Shown in pieces: positions 60,417 through 64,000 of a stretch of 64,000 nucleotides of DNA (the first letter of the stretch is position 1; every line of letters begins with the position of its first letter). Source of the stretch: Macrostomum lignano (Eukaryota); the NCBI GenBank assembly GCA_002269645.1, contig NIVC01003159.1, positions 1 through 64,000 of the forward strand, read 5' to 3'. Made by a program: the position numbers and the translations under genes. The notes under the pieces were generated by a model. That model was not told the origin of the DNA, did not search any database, and saw only the letters and a program-made list of their open reading frames with translations.

Positions 60417-61249
60417 CCAGTTATTCGATAATACGCCAATCATATGACGTAAAATTGGGACTCAATACTTTAACTCGAGCACGTTGAAAAAGACAATCAT
60501 TCTAACAAAGTAGCTCACATATTTGTGAACGTATTTCTTTTCCGAGCCTCCTTCAGGTTCTCGGCTTGTTGGCACTTCGGTCCAGGTTCCAGACAGCAGG
60601 AGTCGGGCAGGGTGGTCTTCTTGCCGGTTACGTTGGCGTTGACCAGCTTGTACCATGGAGACTGGAGGAACAGGTTCTCCTTCTCATCGCCGCTCCAGCC
60701 GCAGCACAACTCCTGTTTCAGTGGCCCAAGTTTAAATTGGTTAGCGAGTGAGCAATAATCTAATTAGTTGTCTTCCATAATGTGCTATCAGATTGAGAAT
60801 TTAAAATTTCCTGACCTCTTCTTGCCCATTGTTTAAAAACGAAGTCACGCCTTCGTCTTCGCCATATTGCTTTGTTAATTTTTCTCTGTATTCGTTTATA
60901 TCCGATTTAGTCAGAGTATTCCTGTTCGTGAGATGCATCACAAGGATGACTACGTTTGTGACAACGCGCAGGCCAGAATGCAAACGATCTGGAAGGTGGG
61001 CAGGTGAGGCAGTTCCGGCCGCAATTTAGGCTCCAAGAGGCTGATTCGAGAAGCCATTGATAAGAGTCCTGGAAAAGGGGGCTTCAATCGGCTCTGCGAC
61101 TCAGCGATAAATGAGGGCCAGCCCCAAGAGGTACACAGAGTGTACAGTATGTGCCTGAAAATTAGAAAGTCAGGGCCACCGTAACCCTTGTGTGAGTGTA
61201 TGAGTACAGCATCTATGCACAGCTTGTGTGCGCTCAGGAGGCTGAACTG

Positions 61250-62026
61250 GCTCAACGCTGGTTGTGGGACGATGTCACCGAAAAGCTGCGCCAGGGAGCC
61301 CACGGCCCCTCCTGCAATTATTACTACATGAATATATCTTACAAAAGTCCCCTAACTGTGCTCGCATGGGCGTATTCAGCATGCCAGTGAAGTATGAGAC
61401 AGACCAGGCCCATGGGCTAAGGTCTGCGATGCTCCACGCCTGCCTCCATCTTCAGCAGGTAAGGCCAGTGGGAGGTCTGCACCCTCTCTTTGCCGCTGGC
61501 AGCCGTAGACCCCCCACGCTGTTTCGCAAGCCGACCCAGGGGTACCCGTCCCCGCGAGTGTTCAAGGCAGACCCTAGGGCTGCTGGACAGACAGGGCTCC
61601 GGCGCTGGCGACCCATCATCTAGTAGCTTCGGCCAAACTTAGGTATGCGGGTTTGGCTTGCCAGCCTGCAGGCCTTGGTACTGCTCAACGTACCCTCTAA
61701 TGCCTAAGGTGTTGACCGTGCCGATAGGCTGGAAGGCCGGGGAGTAGTCCGGTCGCAAGCGGTCCCCCTCCTGGTGTCGGGCCAGCCTTGAGGGTTCTTT
61801 TGGCCTACTGCCCGGGTGGGTACCGCGCCCCTTCGAGGGTAGCCCACCACCTTTATCATGGCCTTCGAGCCGACTATGAATAAGCTGCTGGAGACACTGG
61901 GGGACCTCCCTGGGCGGCGTTCATAGCGATGCGTCGGCCGTTCAGGGATTAGCGGAATGAGCGTTCGCGCCTTCCCGCTTTGTCCCCCTCCGAGGCATCC
62001 CTGCAGCTAAGTCAAGTAAGTCAAGT
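61250..62026 (+). mobile_element. Degenerate non-LTR retrotransposon fragment (RT motifs and RTE-like tail), intronic and antisense to the tetraspanin-like gene
   Basis: Fragments RRWRPII and PTTFIMAFEPTMNKLLETL resemble the RT motifs WRPI and SPLLFNL..EPL. It ends in AAGTCAAGTAAGTCAAGT. Many stops; boundaries are approximate. Confidence 0.5.
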
Positions 62027-64000
62027 CCCGTAGCTGTATTTGCACACAAAAATGAACACTCTTCAATGCTTGCTTTGCGTTTTTATGTTGCAAGACACAT
62101 GATCGTGGGCAGTCTTTGCTGCCGAAACGTTTTTCCCTCATTACACTGACAGGAGGCTGTAGTAAGCAACAAAAAGAGCTTTCTCACACTGAGATTAATT
62201 AGGGATTAGTGCCTTCTTAAGGGTCCCGGCAAGATCCACAAAGTCCCCTGCTAATTTTAAGTAAACCAACAAAAAGGAATCTCCAGAGAGGATAAATTAA
62301 TATTAGTTAGTTACTTGTACTAATGTTACTTTAGTTAATTATAGCTTGTATATGGGCCATTCCGCCGACCTTGAACACGCACATGTACATGGACTCGTAC
62401 GCAGGCACGCACTCACACAGAGTGTACAACTGACTCTGTTCCTACGCCCAGGGGCCACGGAGAAGCAGCAACATCAGGTAGAGTTCGGACGCACTTACAA
62501 TTTTGAGCAGGATGCGCCAGTTCTGCACGACGCCAACAATGCCCAGGATGCCAATGGTGATGTTAGCCAGGCTGGAAAAGATCTTGATGAGGCCGCCGCC
62601 TTTGAAAGTGAACGATTCTCCCACAGTTAAATACGGATTTGTGGCTATGGTGATTCCGTAGAAAGTTAAACTGATGATTCCCAGTAAAATGTTGGCGCTG
62701 TACGTCACTATCACTATGTGACGGATGGCCTCGCTGGATAGCATTCGTGTGGATTGTAACTTCCAGTAGTTTTCGTATTTCTACACGAAAATCTAAGAAT
62801 AAATTAGCTTCAAGGCTCTCTTTTGTGATACTTTGGCTATAAAAGTGCTCCACTTTCCGACCATAGACAGCTGCGCTCGTGAGCGGAAGAACGATATGTG
62901 GTCAAAAATACAAATTTGAGTTAACTTGAAAAAAAATATTGGTGACTACCAAACGACTTCGGTAATAATTTAACAACCTTATAATTTTTCTGGGGTTAAT
63001 TTTACTAAGAACATATTAGGATAGCCTAAGCGTACATTTCAAAATTTCAAAACTTCTGCAAAACTTCACTTCTGCTGAAATTACTTGTAGTCCCTCTTGA
63101 AATCTGTAAAATTGCAAGTACAAACTCTTGCATTGTACGTCGAACGTCTAAAATAATATTTCGGTCACTTTTATAAACTTAAAACTTTACAAACTCTAAA
63201 TTTAATATAGCCCAACTCGTGAAGATTATTGAGTTAGTGGACGTGACTCGCAAGAATTTTCCCATTATGCGAAATTTTGCGCTAGCAAAAGCAACCCCTG
63301 AGATTCATGACGACTACAGTTCACTCAAGGACTACTAGACTTGATATAACGAAGTGTTCCTAGTGGTCCTTGAGTCCACTTTAAAGTTTACTGCAGGTTT
63401 CAGTCTGTTAGGTTCGGAGTTCCAAATGGATTACATATAAAAGACGGCCATTTACTCGTAACTGACACAAGAAGCGACCCAGCGGGAAAGGCACCGCTGG
63501 AACAACGTTGTGTACCAACGGTGGACCAACGGCTACAAATGTCCGGCGCAAAACCGTTGGAACAACGGTGGCAAAACAACGGTTATACAACGCTATACCA
63601 ACGCCAAACCAATGCCTGTGTGGCCAATTGTGGTGACTTTTTAAATGTACGTACTTTTTAGCTTATACCCGCAGCCTTTCGATGACGACCTGTTGCGTCA
63701 TGGGTGGTTGAAGCTGACAGGCCACATCATCCGCGCCCAGGATCGTAATGTCCACAGACGGTGCAGGAGGGGCTGCTGCTTACGTTGCAGATGTCTTTCT
63801 ATGTTAGGAATACGTACTTAATGATGAAATATTTTGTTAAAACTGACGTTTTCAACTTTCAATTCCATTTTTTACCCCAATTTTGCGCATCTGCCGTTGT
63901 TTTGAGATAAATGTGCACTACATTGCCGCAATTTCAAAACGGCTCGCTGCAAAGTGTAATTGGTGTAAAATCAAGCCACTGAAGAATCGCTTCTTGTTGT

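Larger units (their letters stand above)
57122..62744 (-). pseudogene. Tetraspanin-like gene, paralog 2 (~247 aa if repaired; two +2 frame disruptions as assembled)
   Basis: complement(join(57122..57172,57282..57365,60519..60712,60816..60988,62499..62744)). EC2 reads Q-EEEL-CCG..PDSCC..KC..DC (6 Cys); TM4 LMISLWAVFTSLCQAMCVASTMVSII; all junctions GT-AG. Exons 2 (173 nt) and 3 (194 nt) are each 2 nt off frame. Confidence 0.75.

Noticed and set aside
57353-60447. Cys-rich ORFs (LELCSEDRSGLCW...)
   Set aside because: Translations of the intronic 35/43-bp minisatellite.

Overview
This is eukaryotic (metazoan) genomic DNA with GT-AG introns, GC-rich exons and TTAGGG-type repeats. Its style resembles a Macrostomum-like flatworm, which is an inference only. 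Five apparently intact genes lie on the + strand: an ARM-TIR-SAM protein (7080-9638), a PAN + F-type lectin (27851-28513), two PAN-like + fibrinogen-domain paralogs (36231-41971 and 44806-45825) and a WSC + PAN protein (49540-50361). Two divergent tetraspanin-like paralogs lie on the - strand (53246-54888 and 57122-62744), and both are disrupted as assembled. Decayed mobile elements include a P-type transposase, a Ty3/Gypsy element, an internally deleted Tc1/IS630-like element, non-LTR fragments, MITEs and microsatellite-bearing Helitron-like elements. About 20 mostly unrelated tandem or low-complexity arrays cover roughly a quarter of the window. The main leads are (1) a candidate innate-immune cluster in which a PAN module is paired with three different glycan-binding domain types, near a TIR gene that keeps its catalytic Glu, (2) a permuted duplication junction consistent with a circular DNA intermediate, (3) a 54-fold intron expansion between two paralogs, and (4) a bipartite repeat with unique spacers just downstream of the TIR gene. 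No rRNA, tRNA or CRISPR array was seen. All assignments come from reading motifs by eye; no database searches were run.
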